DNA from: Epithemia pelagica
Taxonomy: Eukaryota; Protista; Bacillariophyta
Assembly: GCA_946965045.2 (NCBI GenBank)
Contig: OX337236.1
Coordinates: forward strand, 2,728,001-2,792,000
DNA: 64,000 bases
Direction of reading: 5' to 3'
Part shown: piece after piece, positions 11,135-23,063 of the stretch
Position numbering within the stretch: the stretch's first letter is position 1
How the letters are laid out: every line of letters begins with the position of its first letter
Program-made: the position numbers and the translations under genes
Notes under the pieces: model-generated
The model's database searches: none
What the model was told of the DNA's origin: nothing
The model's input: only the letters and a program-made list of their open reading frames with translations

Positions 11135-12349
11135 TCATAAAAACAGACAAGGGGGGAAGCTACCAAAAAAGACACGACCAACAACACACACAGCGCGTGG
11201 CGCCATACGACATATGGTGGTTGGCCCCCCAAATGGTGCACAGTCCCGTCCGCTGGGTTTGAGGATGCTCCTATGGAAGGAACGTTGTCGTACACTTGAT
11301 TGCACACGAGGAGTGCCCTCGTAGGTCGTGACAAGGGTCACTCAAAAGGCCTTCCTTCCGAAATGCACCGATTGTGACGACATTACCGATGGGAATGTAC
11401 TCACAATGGATACGACTCCGAATACCATCAAGAATTTGTGAATAAAGTCGGTTGAATCCGTCCGGTTCGAACATATATTTAATACAGTAACCGTTTACGT
11501 TTCTAAATCTCGTGATACTTCGCCTAGGGTACATACATAGGGTACATACATCGATTGTTATTGGTACCGCCAAACGGTGTGTATTCACTATGTGGGTGCA
11601 TCACTTTATGGAGCAACCAGCAGAAAACGCTTTCTGCCACGGGTCAATCTACCGTGGACTTTTGTGAGCCCATGACCCTTGTCGAACTCCATGGTCGTTA
11701 GGGTGGAGCTCTTACGGTAATTTCTTGTTGACCCGCATTTCAATTCTTCCCTCAGCGACCCACCAAAAAATACGAACATGTGGACTCTCGATTCGAATAG
11801 CCATCGAGTCCTGTTTGGTGAACGAGTCGGAAGGAGAATTCGTTGTCATACAGTATTATAGAGAAATTTGTCCAATAGATTCACAATTGCCTCGGCGAAC
11901 ATGGTTAATTAGACATGCACCAAAACCGTTGAACATGCGTTAACTTTAAATGTGCGATTCGATTCAAGATCCAATGGCTTGGTATTGGAAAAACAGTTAC
12001 ATAGGCGAATTGAAAGATTTGGAACGCCAGCCGAGGGAATGCATCCACAAAATCCCATGGATGGCACTCCGGGTAGGAAGAATTAATTAGACACGTGCGG
12101 ATAGGCTTTGGCGGCGGTGATGCTCTGTTGCAATTGTGGCTTGGGATAGTTGGAAGACTTGGGACGACTCATCATCTTCACCCTTTTCAAACACTCTACC
12201 TACCGTCAGAGAAGAGGTTGCGCGTCGACCCTTCTATCTCTACCCTTTGCATCATTTCACATCGTCTTGTGTTGTGCGACAAAAGGACCAACCGCTTGGC
12301 CTCGAAAAGGAAGTGCCTTATTGAATTGTGACCTGTTAGCAATCCGGAA

Positions 12350-14346
12350 ATGGATCCTTCCATGAGCAGCAATTCTTCCTTTTCCTGCTCTTCCTCCATG
12401 TCGTTGACGGAGGAAGCTTGTATGCAAACATCTCGCTTGTCTCCAACCAACTTCACTGCAATGCAAAGAAAAGCATTGCCATGTCGTCGAAACCATGGTG
12501 GCAAGCTCCTGGTTTGGAAGAGAAAAACGCCCGAATCTGTCATTCTGGCGTTGTTGCTCGTATTGCTAGTGCTTCCACTGCATCAACGTCCGAGCTCTTC
12601 TTCTTCCTTGTTTGCCATGGCTGCCAACAACAACGATGATTTCTACAACGAGAACATTGATGATTACTTCAACTACAACAATCAGAACAACAACAACCAG
12701 AACAACAACCAGAATAACAACAACAATCAGAACAACAACTACAACTACAATGGAGGAAACAACAACAACAACAACCAGAATGACGGAAACGAGAACAACG
12801 AGATCGATGACGATGGCTACAAAAATGAAATGATGCAATATGGACAACAAGACGACGACATTTTCCACGATACTCTGGATTTCAACTCTGTCAGTTTCAT
12901 GCCTGTATCCTGCATCAACTAGTAAGTCATGAGCATGCGCTTTGGACTGTGAAGAATGAGAACTGTTGTGTATTGCAGACGTTGCATCGTAAAGACGTAC
13001 CTCATAATGTCCTGGTTCTTTGTTTTGCATCATTTGTTTGTCCCTGGTAACAGCAACGGAGGACACATGATCCAGTTTCAACTGTTTGATTCATCAAGGA
13101 GTTATCAATGCCATTTTGGTGAAATTGCCACGTTTGTAGTGTCGATTGCTCATTACATGCGCGCATACTTCAACTATGAAGCATTGAAGAACGGAAAAGA
13201 CTTTGCGCTTCCCGAGGATGCTGCGTTTTTGGCCTGTCATGAAGTTCAACTAGGCGACGACTATGATGGCATCAACCTTTATGCCAAGATTGGATGTATG
13301 GAACGAGCCACATTCTCGTCGACAAGGTTGCAGCTCCACTTTTACACGGATGCGCAATGTATGGATTTGTACGATGATGATAGATCCTCCCGAGAGCATG
13401 CTACTCAGGGCTATATGGTGGGCGATGATGGTGACCTTATTTCCTCTGCGGTATCATTTCGAGTGCCTTTCTATTCGTGTGCGACCTGTTATCCCAGGAG
13501 CATATCTGGAACCTTTAACAAGCGCAACAACAACTGGTACGATGATAAGTATATTAGCGTCTACGGTGAGAAGCAAAACTGGGAGGGCAACGGACAAGAA
13601 GAGAATGACGACGCCAATCAAGGTGACGATGCTTACATGGTGTCGAACGACGACATTAACTATGACGATGCCCGATTCAATGACGATAAAGTCGATGTGA
13701 ATTATGACAACTACAATGGTAACCGGGCATTGTTGTCCGAGCAGGAAGTCATGGTACGTAATAGACAAACAACAAGGACAAGGCGGAGCACACCTTTGTG
13801 GATCGTCTCTCATTTCTACGTGTTTCATTTGAACAGGACTACGAAACTGAGTTCTGGGACGAAGTTGAGGAACAGAGAAGATTGTATGAGAATAACTACG
13901 ATATTGGAGACTGGAACATTTGCCAAAGAATCTACCAATATGGCATTTGGTGTGATGCAGACTGTCGCGCCCTTGACTTTACAGATCAATGGTCGTCATC
14001 GGATATTTTCCTTCTCTCCATCATGTGTGCGTTTTTGGCTGGAATGATGCTTTTGATTGTTGGTAAACGTATGAAGGGAGAGAAGAAGGCGCGCATGTAT
14101 GGAGACGACGATGCGCCGCTGCCTGGATTGCCTCCCTTGGTCATGGCAATTATCTTTTTGCTGACCTTGGGCATTGTGGTGATCATGGCCAAGCTGAAAT
14201 TTGTCAATGAAACCTTGATCTTTTCCGTTGTGGCTTGTATTTTGTTCTTTGTGTACATGTTGAAGTTGACCTTGTTTGAAACGCCAAGGCCCGTCTTGCT
14301 GGCAGCGCCACGACACAGTCCATTGAATGATCACTTGTTTGACTAA
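12350..14346 (+). CDS. N/Q/D-rich, Cys-containing membrane protein, silicanin-like (paralogue 2); join(12350..12921,13054..13753,13837..14346)
   Basis: Same intron positions as paralogue 1 (CIN-Y/NGGH split), 1782-nt frame. Shares FVVSIAHYMRAYFN, KIGCMERA and KLKFVNETL with paralogue 1. Confidence 0.7.
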
Positions 14347-15124
14347 AATCTCTACTGTCTATGAGGAGAGCAATAACCGAAAACAACAATCTGTGAAGCA
14401 AAGCGCTTTCATGTCCCTATTCATGGAGGAGGAGGAGGAACCATTGCGGACAAGAAGAAACCCAAGGGTCCCCACGTGTCGACTTGGTCTACGGTAGTCG
14501 GTAGTGTGTGTGATTTGCCGCACAAAGAATGGTGGTCTGTGTGGTGTGGTCTATCTCATTCTATATCATTAGTCGTTTTAGTAGTCCCTACATCTCTCTT
14601 GTCTTTCTCTTCCTGTCAAGTTGCCCGTGACTTAATGGCTGGCATTCTCTAGGATCTGTTCACAGCATTGTGTCTCTTCGTTTGTTAGGCCTTCCGGCTT
14701 GCGTTATGGCGTCAAGCCATTCCATGCAAGTGTCCCAGGAAATACTCTTCAATAAAAAGATAGCGCAGAGAAGAACGCGAGAATTTTTCGAGATTCCGAT
14801 GACGTGATAATATACGTCTTAGCGGTGGAATCATAGACATATTCACCCAGATGAAGCAATGACATATTCACATGCGACTCCAAAGAAACTCCAGCTAGGG
14901 ATTAGACGAGATGATTGATCGGTGGAATTCTTTCGTAGAAGCAAAAGATCTTTTGGGGAGGTTAAATCTCTGTGCTGCAACTGAGCAATCTTTCTCTTGG
15001 AGGAACCACCCACAACAAAGAGCCATACGAGAGCATAGAACGAGCTGTTCTTGTTTCTCGCTGCTGCAGAGAAGACAAAGATTGAGAAGAACCAGAAAAA
15101 GAACGACCTTTGACGAGGAATACG

Positions 15125-17292
15125 ATGATTCCGTTGGTATCGAGTGATGCTCCTCGCATGGATGAACGATTGTCTCCTAGCCAGTCGCAACAAGGGAAAA
15201 TGAAGACGAAAAAGAGTTTGATTTCACCACGAACCACATCCTCCTTGTTGTCACTATGTTGGGTGGTGCTGGTTCTCTTGTTTGTCCATCGCTGCTGGAC
15301 CACGACATGGTTGTATTGGAAACTCCCTACTGTTTTGACTTCCTCTGCTAGTCTGACCAAAACCACCCCAAATACACCACAGGTACAACCACAGCAACAG
15401 TCTGATGCGAGGACGGCATCTTCAATTCCGTTTCAGTCGACCAAAGAACAACAACCAGACCGAAAGAGTGGACCGCCATGGCTGGAATCCCAGAATTCTC
15501 CTCGGCACCATTATTCTCGCACCAGGCTTTCGCATGGCATGCCTTTTTTCGTTTCGTCCTTCTCCAATCGTCATTCTCCGTATCATTCACAAGGGACGTA
15601 CGACTCGAGAGCTTTTGAAACTTTCCACATGAAACATTATACTGAGAATAATAACGACAGCGACGATAAGGATGATGATGACGACGACGATGATGGTTTT
15701 GATCCTTTCCCAGCTTGGTCTTCCATGGGTCAATCCATCATGCTTCGTGATTTGGATACCTGGGAAGGTTCGGCATGGCATGTAGCCATGGTACACGGGT
15801 TGGATGGGACGGGGGAAATTGTGGCCAATGGATATCCCGTCTATGACATACAATCCAATCAATACAGGGGATACAAACTCTTTACCTACACCTATGTCGG
15901 GGCCAAACGGCAATGGATTCGTCTCGATGACCCTCGAAGAAAGGGAGAAGCCACCGTCCTTTCCTCGGGCGAGGATGACCCTACAAGTCCCAGTATTTTC
16001 TTCCCTCCCATAGAAAAAGCGGGCGAGTATTCATTGGACTTTGACATGGACATGGTTGCGTCCCCTGGTCCTTGCGCGGTGGCCATTAGTCATTTGGCCT
16101 CCATACCGTCAGCCGACCATAACCAAAATGAAGAGTACGATGGAGAAATTCGCGTCTGGACCTTGTCCGGTATGATACAAGGAATGGGTGGTCGAGTGGA
16201 ATTCAAGTGGTTGCCTCTCCCCGTTATTTCCAAATCCAATCTTCCAACCACTACTACTGCTACGACTTCTGCTCCATCCATGAAGGAGTCATTACCCTTG
16301 TCCAAGTATTCCATGTTTGGTCGATCCGTATCCATTTCCGCTGGACCCGTTGTGGCCGTAGGGATCCCCAGTGTGTCTGCCGCGGTGCCTGGACAAGTCC
16401 ATGTCTACGAATGGGCACGATCCCACCCGCATCAACCGTCTTTTGGGAAGGAATGGAAACTGTTGGGACGTCCCATTGTGAATAATCATCATCATTGGTC
16501 CTTCGGATGGAAAGTTCAATTGAGTAAACCAACACCAACACCTGATGGCAACCCCCTGACAGTGGCCATTTTGGGATCGTATTACTCCATTCAGGACAAT
16601 CCCAACAATGTCACATATCCAGACTGTTTGATTCATGTCTATCGATACAAGGAAGAAATTCAAGATTGGGTTCAGTTGGGACAAGATATTACCAATGACA
16701 AGGAAGAAACGGATGAGTACGACCTCCTTGAATGCCGTGACATGGTCATGTCTTCCGATGGGAGTACTATTGTCGCTGGTGTTTACGAATACAATGCGGG
16801 ATGGCAAGCTAAACCGTATGGTCATGTGCGGGTTTGGACCTGGGACGAATCTTTGTGGCAATGGAAGCGAAAGGGAAGAGGAGATGTGGAATCCTTGATT
16901 CGCGTGGGTATTCACAACCAGAACAATCAGACTCGCAAAAAGGCCTGGAAACGCAATACCAGCTTTGTTGTCGGAAGGGTCGCCAGTTTATCCCACGACG
17001 GCAATCGCTTGGTGGTCCTTTCGGGAGAATCTTCCTTGGACAAGCATCGGCTTGGATCATACAAGATGTTTTGACCACCTTGGACTACCATGATGCAGAA
17101 CCCGATTTGGACGACAAGAACAGTAGCAGTGGTGGTGGTACCTGGAAGGTTGCCACTCATGAAGTACCCTTGCATGGCGAACCCTTATCCATGGCCATGT
17201 TGGATGCAGGTACGCACTTGGCCTTGGGCTTTCCCGATGCTATGGCGGGTCATGGTCGACTCGATACGTGGGAGTATTGGGAGGGTCCGTAG
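15125..17292 (+). CDS. Type II membrane FG-GAP-like beta-propeller protein, probable 1-nt frameshift near 17070
   Basis: TM segment near the N-terminus. Blades such as FGRSVSISAG.VVAVG, FGWKVQLS, MSSDGSTIVAG and SLSHDGNRLVV. The last blade (LSMAMLDAGTHLALGFP) continues in another frame to 17292. Confidence 0.6.
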
Positions 17293-17799
17293 CTGTTCCA
17301 CCAAGTACATACTCCTCTCTAGCTAGAGAGGTAGATGGATGGATGGATCAAGCAAGAAGGATGATCCTTTTGTTGATCCATCACAGAGTCTCCTCTTCCG
17401 TTTTTCTAGGCTTTCATTCTGTGGACTCGGTCATCATTTTGTGCGACCATAATGTAGACCAAATGAGCGTAGACTTTTGGTCTTGATCCTGTTATTGTCC
17501 GGTCCCGCTGAAACCTACGACTTTTGAGTCACGAAAGTAAAATCCCGCTGTAACCTTACCTGTTACCTGTACCAGCTGCGACAAATAATGTATCCGTTGA
17601 GGTGTAGATTTTTGTCCATACGCAGAGCGGGGCGATCCCCAACAATTATATCTCTCACAATTTTGGCAGGTGGTGGCCCACGAATTCAAAATGACACATC
17701 TGTGAAAATTTCGTTTCGTTGTTGGAGGCCGAGTCCTTGTCACCTCGTCACTATATCTGTTGTGGTTGACGATCTGACTTGCAGCACCTTGCTACTAGT

Positions 17800-19743
17800 A
17801 TGTTAGTGTCGAGAACGACCAACAATAACAACAACCAAGACAACCACACCATGAGATTATTCCCAAATTCTTCCGAGAAGACTATTACCATGCACCGCCG
17901 AGCAGATTCATTTCGCCAAAGAAAACAACAAAATCGACCGGTCGGTCGTGTTGTGATGGTGATTGGTTTTGTCTTTTGCATGGGAAACACTTTTTGGTGG
18001 TCTCAACAAAGCATTCGAGAAATCTGGAACCGGGACGACGAAACGATTCGAGCCGAGACCACTACAAGTTTTGTGTTGCAAACTATTTCGTCTAGAATAC
18101 CGCGACTCGAAGGCTCACGCAATGAACACAATCGCTCAATGCAGGAGCGTCCCAAGAACCGTTCAACATCCCTCATTGACTTGAACGACACACCCGAAAC
18201 ACCTCGAACCATTGTTTGGTGGTGTTTCTTGGACCGAGAGACGACCTACCAGTTTTTTCATTTCCCTCATGCATTTCAAGCATTGAGTCAGTGTTGGAGC
18301 TTTTTCCAATTCAAACAAGAGAAACTCCAGAAAGCACAAAATGATGAGTATCGAGAAAACAAAAAGAACGACACCTTGTTGTCGTCCTGGACAGCCCCTC
18401 CAAATATCAACTATCAGTGTCATATCAACATGGACAACCTAAGGGCTTTGAAATCTGTGAGCAAGGATTGGCGAGCCGCCGTGATCTTAGAGTTGATGAA
18501 CTGCACCTACTCCTACAAGCAGTACAATGTTTCTTCATCCCAAACAGGTGAACTATTTCTGTCCCGCCATCAAAACGACAACAGCACCTACGCATCTGAC
18601 CGTTCCACGACAACTGTGCGTGATGAGCATGAGCTTCCTCGGAACAATGCCACTCATACACATTACTTGTTCCGACCCCACCCTGATGATTCCACCGGTT
18701 ATCGATTCTTTTGGTATCCTCATTACGCACACGAATTGCAAAAACGTCTTGCTCCTGCTACTCCCTCTAAAACCAACCAACGCAATGCATCTCGTATTGT
18801 GGTCGTGAGGAATACGATGACCAGTAAGCACGATAGTGAGATCCCAAACGACAGTGCCTTGCAAGACACTGCCAGGACACTCCATCATAATGCATCTCGT
18901 ATTGTGAGGAATGCTACGACCAGCAAGCACGATAGTGAGATCCCAAACGACAATGCCTTGCATGACACTGACCGCACACTCTGCATTGGATTGGTCAATC
19001 GGTTGTCGACGCGTCGCATTGGGAACATGGACGAACTAGAACAAGCCATTCGCAAGGCTTATCCACAGGCTGTCGTAGAACAAGTCTCCATGAATGACAT
19101 GAAACCCCTCGAACAATTTACCTGGTGGTCCCGACAATCCGTTGTCATTCTTCCACACGGGGCATCATCGACCAATCTCCTCTTTTTGAAACAAGGCGCC
19201 GCCGTTGTCGAAGTCTTTCCCCCTCATTATTACTGGTGGGGCTTTTGGAAGTTGGCCCAATCGATCCAGGTACGATACTATGGCTATTTTCCAATTTTGA
19301 CAGACCAATCGCTTGCATCCAATAAGAGCGGTACCACCACCACCACCACAACCATAACCACCACAAAGAGCCATGCGAATCATACATTTTGTGGTGAGCA
19401 TGACCATGACATGGACCAGCGTGCCACAGATTTGCTTCAGGACTACAAACAAAATTGTCGCACGCTAGAGCTTCGCTCCAAGCATCGCAAAATTGCCGTC
19501 CAGGAACCATCCATTCCCCATTTGCTGGTTTTGCTTCAACGAGCCATATTAGACGGAGAGAGACTTGGACGACTGCAACAACAAAGATCGAACGAACCAG
19601 GGGACAAACGGGATTCAATAGGGTCCTCATACATTCCACAAATTTCTTACATTGAGTCCACATGTGATTTGGTCAATCATGGCAATGCCAAGAAAACCTT
19701 TGTCTATCACTTGGATAATGACGTGCCCCCATCGCGGTTCTAG
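17800..19743 (+). CDS. GT61/DUF563-like glycosyltransferase, type II membrane (copy A)
   Basis: IGLVNR..TRRIGN, EQ..WWSRQSVVILPHGASSTNLLFL and AVVEVFP motifs, plus an N-terminal TM segment. Start codon is uncertain (17800 or 17851). Confidence 0.75.
   Translation: MLVSRTTNNNNNQDNHTMRLFPNSSEKTITMHRRADSFRQRKQQNRPVGRVVMVIGFVFCMGNTFWWSQQSIREIWNRDDETIRAETTTSFVLQTISSRIPRLEGSRNEHNRSMQERPKNRSTSLIDLNDTPETPRTIVWWCFLDRETTYQFFHFPHAFQALSQCWSFFQFKQEKLQKAQNDEYRENKKNDTLLSSWTAPPNINYQCHINMDNLRALKSVSKDWRAAVILELMNCTYSYKQYNVSSSQTGELFLSRHQNDNSTYASDRSTTTVRDEHELPRNNATHTHYLFRPHPDDSTGYRFFWYPHYAHELQKRLAPATPSKTNQRNASRIVVVRNTMTSKHDSEIPNDSALQDTARTLHHNASRIVRNATTSKHDSEIPNDNALHDTDRTLCIGLVNRLSTRRIGNMDELEQAIRKAYPQAVVEQVSMNDMKPLEQFTWWSRQSVVILPHGASSTNLLFLKQGAAVVEVFPPHYYWWGFWKLAQSIQVRYYGYFPILTDQSLASNKSGTTTTTTTITTTKSHANHTFCGEHDHDMDQRATDLLQDYKQNCRTLELRSKHRKIAVQEPSIPHLLVLLQRAILDGERLGRLQQQRSNEPGDKRDSIGSSYIPQISYIESTCDLVNHGNAKKTFVYHLDNDVPPSRF
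18784..18981 (+). repeat. in-frame tandem duplication (35 aa + 33 aa) within GT61
   Basis: NASRIV..RN..TSKHDSEIPND.AL.DT.RTL occurs twice. Copy B has one unit. Confidence 0.85.
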
Positions 19744-20688
19744 AGCGAGTTCTTACTACAAAGACAGTTGTGTTTGGATCCAAGTGATGCGATCTCCATC
19801 CAATAAGGGATGCAACGGTAGGACAAGATGCAAAAGGGCAAGGTCGCTTGATCAGGTCCAATGATCTTTGCAGCAAAACCATGCCTTGCCGTAAAAGTCC
19901 ATAAAAGTGCGCACCATCTCGTTTCAAGTGATACATCCGCTGGTCTTTTCAAACCACGCACGAACGGGGATGAGACTTCAAACTCTTTCTCCCTGATGAG
20001 TTCCATTATTCCGGCGTTGGACCGAACCGGATGGTGGTTACCAAACCGGAACCATCCCCTGGCTCAACACTACGGTTCTCTTTGTAGTTCTACCACACTA
20101 GTGGACATTCTTGGAAAGCGGGTTCTTCTTCTCGCTACTTTTGTTCTTCTTGACTAAGTACTAGGAGTAGAAAAGGTGTGTAAGCCCTAACCAAGATGAT
20201 GCTCTGGTAGCTGGACCCAGTTGGGAGTCACTTCCAACTCTTGGAGAGAATGGACAAGTGGCAGGACAAGCGTGTCCACAAGGGGCTCAAAGGGATGGAC
20301 AGGATGCACCGTGAAGTTTGCCTTTGTACTAGGTGGCAACATCGGACAGAAGGAATCGAGGTGGTAAAGAAAATGCATGAAAAGCCTCCTACTCTAGAAT
20401 ACCAAGATCTCCAAATGCTGATAGCTGACCATGGCGAACGCGTGCACGTCATGGCATCAGAAGGAAATTCATGTGCAGTCGTATTCGACAGAGCAAGCCA
20501 CTCCTGTATAGTGAGTTGGAGCTGTTCATTTCTAATACGATTAACAACGTAACTTAGGAGTGGCGTGATCTTCATCAGAGCATAAAATCTCGTGACATAA
20601 ACATGACAATTCCATGATATTGCTTACTCTGTTTTTGATGTGACATGCATGGTCCTCACTCGTTTACAGTTTGATTGGCGCAGGATGT

Positions 20689-21804
20689 TCAATTGACATC
20701 TCGGATACCCATTCCTTCCAAACAATGATACCATTCGTTTCGAGGCTGCTCACAGAGTCGACGAAAGCACCATGTATTCTTGTCAATTAGTGGTAATGTC
20801 GCACAGGTAGGATTGCCCCATCCACCAATCACGGCAACTTGATTGGCAACAGCCACCAAACTGCAGTCCTTGCGGTGATTATCCAATGGTGGGAGATTCC
20901 ACACGCGGTTGCGGCTCGTATCCAATACTTCCACAGTTGCATTGTAATGTCCTCCCGCCACTACCAGACAGGATCCCACGGCAACCACTGCACATGATCC
21001 TCGTGCATTGGAAAGCACCAAATCAGAATGAACGGTCCAAGTGGACGAGAAGGAAATGAGTGTAGACAAAGTGTCGTCTTTTCTCTCCTCTTCACAGTCC
21101 AAATATTCCACCGAATCAAGTTCGTCGTCAACATCGTCATGGTCACCGTTTCGGCCTCCAATGACAAAGATGCGGTGACCAATGATCGCACTTGCAAAAT
21201 ATGTTCGAGGAACGTTCATGGATGGTCCCGCGGTGACAGAATGATTGCTGGTATCAATAATATCGACCGACATCAAGTCTTCCACTCCGTCACAGCCACC
21301 CATCACAACAATATATCGGTTGTGGACCGCAACAGCACAACATCCAAATCGTGGCGTTGATAATCGACATGTCAATGTCGTCCAATGGCTCTCATGTGAA
21401 CTCAAATCATTACAGTCAATCCGTTCCATACAATCCAAAGTTGAATTTGAAAGATCATTGTACCCTCCCATAACGTAAATGCCTCCGTTGCACACAGCAG
21501 TGGCATGCCCATAACGTTTCTGGTTCATGGGTGGCCCTTCTCGCCACTGCTTGTCTGGGTCTGCCAGATTCAAAACAAGAACGGAATCGAGCTCGCCTTG
21601 GCCTGATTGATATCCTCCCAACACAACAACCGTTTGTCTCTTGTTGATGTTGTTGTTGTCCTTGTCCGTGTTGGGATGATCCAGTACGACCGTAGCATGT
21701 TCGTCACGCCCTCCACACTGGAGAGGAGGCCAGTTATGATTCCATGTCTTATCCAAAAGGACAAGGCCCGACTGCCATGCTTGTTCTTGAAGTGTCATTG
21801 CCAT
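20689..21804 (-). CDS. Kelch-repeat protein (paralogue 2, copy A)
   Basis: ATG at 21804 (MAMTLQEQAWQSG). Kelch GG repeats. Confidence 0.9.
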   Translation of the reverse strand: MAMTLQEQAWQSGLVLLDKTWNHNWPPLQCGGRDEHATVVLDHPNTDKDNNNINKRQTVVVLGGYQSGQGELDSVLVLNLADPDKQWREGPPMNQKRYGHATAVCNGGIYVMGGYNDLSNSTLDCMERIDCNDLSSHESHWTTLTCRLSTPRFGCCAVAVHNRYIVVMGGCDGVEDLMSVDIIDTSNHSVTAGPSMNVPRTYFASAIIGHRIFVIGGRNGDHDDVDDELDSVEYLDCEEERKDDTLSTLISFSSTWTVHSDLVLSNARGSCAVVAVGSCLVVAGGHYNATVEVLDTSRNRVWNLPPLDNHRKDCSLVAVANQVAVIGGWGNPTCATLPLIDKNTWCFRRLCEQPRNEWYHCLEGMGIRDVN

Positions 21805-22280
21805 GGTTCCAAACGTTGACTGCAGATTTTTATGGACGAGAATCGAGACTGTTGCTGCTGATGGAAGCACGACTGACTTTGCAAGTGTGTGTCTCATCAC
21901 ATGGTGTGGGTTTTGTCTGTACTGGGTGGAGTGACGTGGCCGATGCTGGCCAGACTCCCGCGACCGACAACAGAGGTGCGACTGCTCCGCCTCCTCGACG
22001 CGAGGCGAGCATCCGATTTGGATCCCACAATCGGAAGTTTTAGGATGACCCTGATGCAGAGTCGTTGGAGCGTGAGAAGAGCTCACTCTTCTTGGGTTCA
22101 GCATCTTTGCAACGACTACGAGACGAGTTCAAGATCGCAACGACTTTAGTTAGCTTATATCTGCCTTAGTTCATCTTCATCATGACTTTTACCGGTTCCC
22201 CTCCTTTCCTTGAGGATCGTTTTGGTAAGACGACGACGTCGACGAAAGGATCTGATCCCCCTGCTCCTTCTTCGTCTACT

Positions 22281-23063
22281 TGTTACAATTCTTTCTGAAT
22301 CGTAGGGACATTGATGCTCGGTAGAGCAGACAATCAGGTAGGTCACCAACCGATACAAGCTTCTCAGGGTCAGAGAAGCAAGCAAGTCGAAGTCTATCAG
22401 AAGGATAGTCGGGACACAAAAGAGGATGTGATAAATGGTGATATTGTTAGATTGTGTGTTGATTACTACGATAGGTCTACGTGAAATGTTCGGTCCTGCC
22501 AAGGGTCATGTGTCATAGGTTCTTGGCGGCAACAGGTTTGGAATAGTTGGAGTTGATTCATGTGATGTATATGACATGTATATGTGGGCGGATAACATAT
22601 ACAGGGTCAACAGCTCTTGCTTTGGGTTGGCATAGTTGTTTTCATGGCGCGCAGCTTGTTGACAATTTGGAGATTGTGGGAATGGAAATATGGTCTCGCG
22701 TGATCGTGTGTCGTGCTTGGGATACTTAGACCGTTGGATCGGATAGATGCCGATAGCGCTCGGATGTCGCTTGGGCGCGCTCGATGATTTCGGGCGCGTA
22801 CGCTTAGGGCGTTAGTATAATGTCCGAGCAACGGCCAAATTTATGTCCGTTGTAATACCGCACGACCCAGTTTAGTCTTGAGAGTGAGTTCGTCAATCTA
22901 TTCTCACTTTTCATGATTTGCGAAGAAATATAGGTCGATATAGCGCGAAGCTAGGAAACATAGCTCGAAGCTAGAGGGCATGATGCGATAGCACGAGGCT
23001 ATGTGACATGGGGAATCGATGAGATGTAGAATCTAACCACCATAGACGGTGAGAATTCTAACA
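22281..23063 (-). repeat. 3' LTR
   Basis: 783 bp, TGTTAC..CTAACA. No differences from 29882-30664 seen by eye. Confidence 0.95.

Noticed and set aside
11340-12050. AT-richer segment with broken minus-strand frames, possibly a decayed gene or TE
   Set aside because: Multiple stops in all frames, no recognisable motif and no termini.
19860-20580. Short ORFs between GT61 and Kelch (e.g. 20228-20575)
   Set aside because: They are broken by an indel and a stop in the otherwise near-identical copy B, and have no motif.
22155-22831. ORFs inside the LTRs, repeated at 29876-30432
   Set aside because: Their identity simply reflects LTR identity. There is no coding signal.
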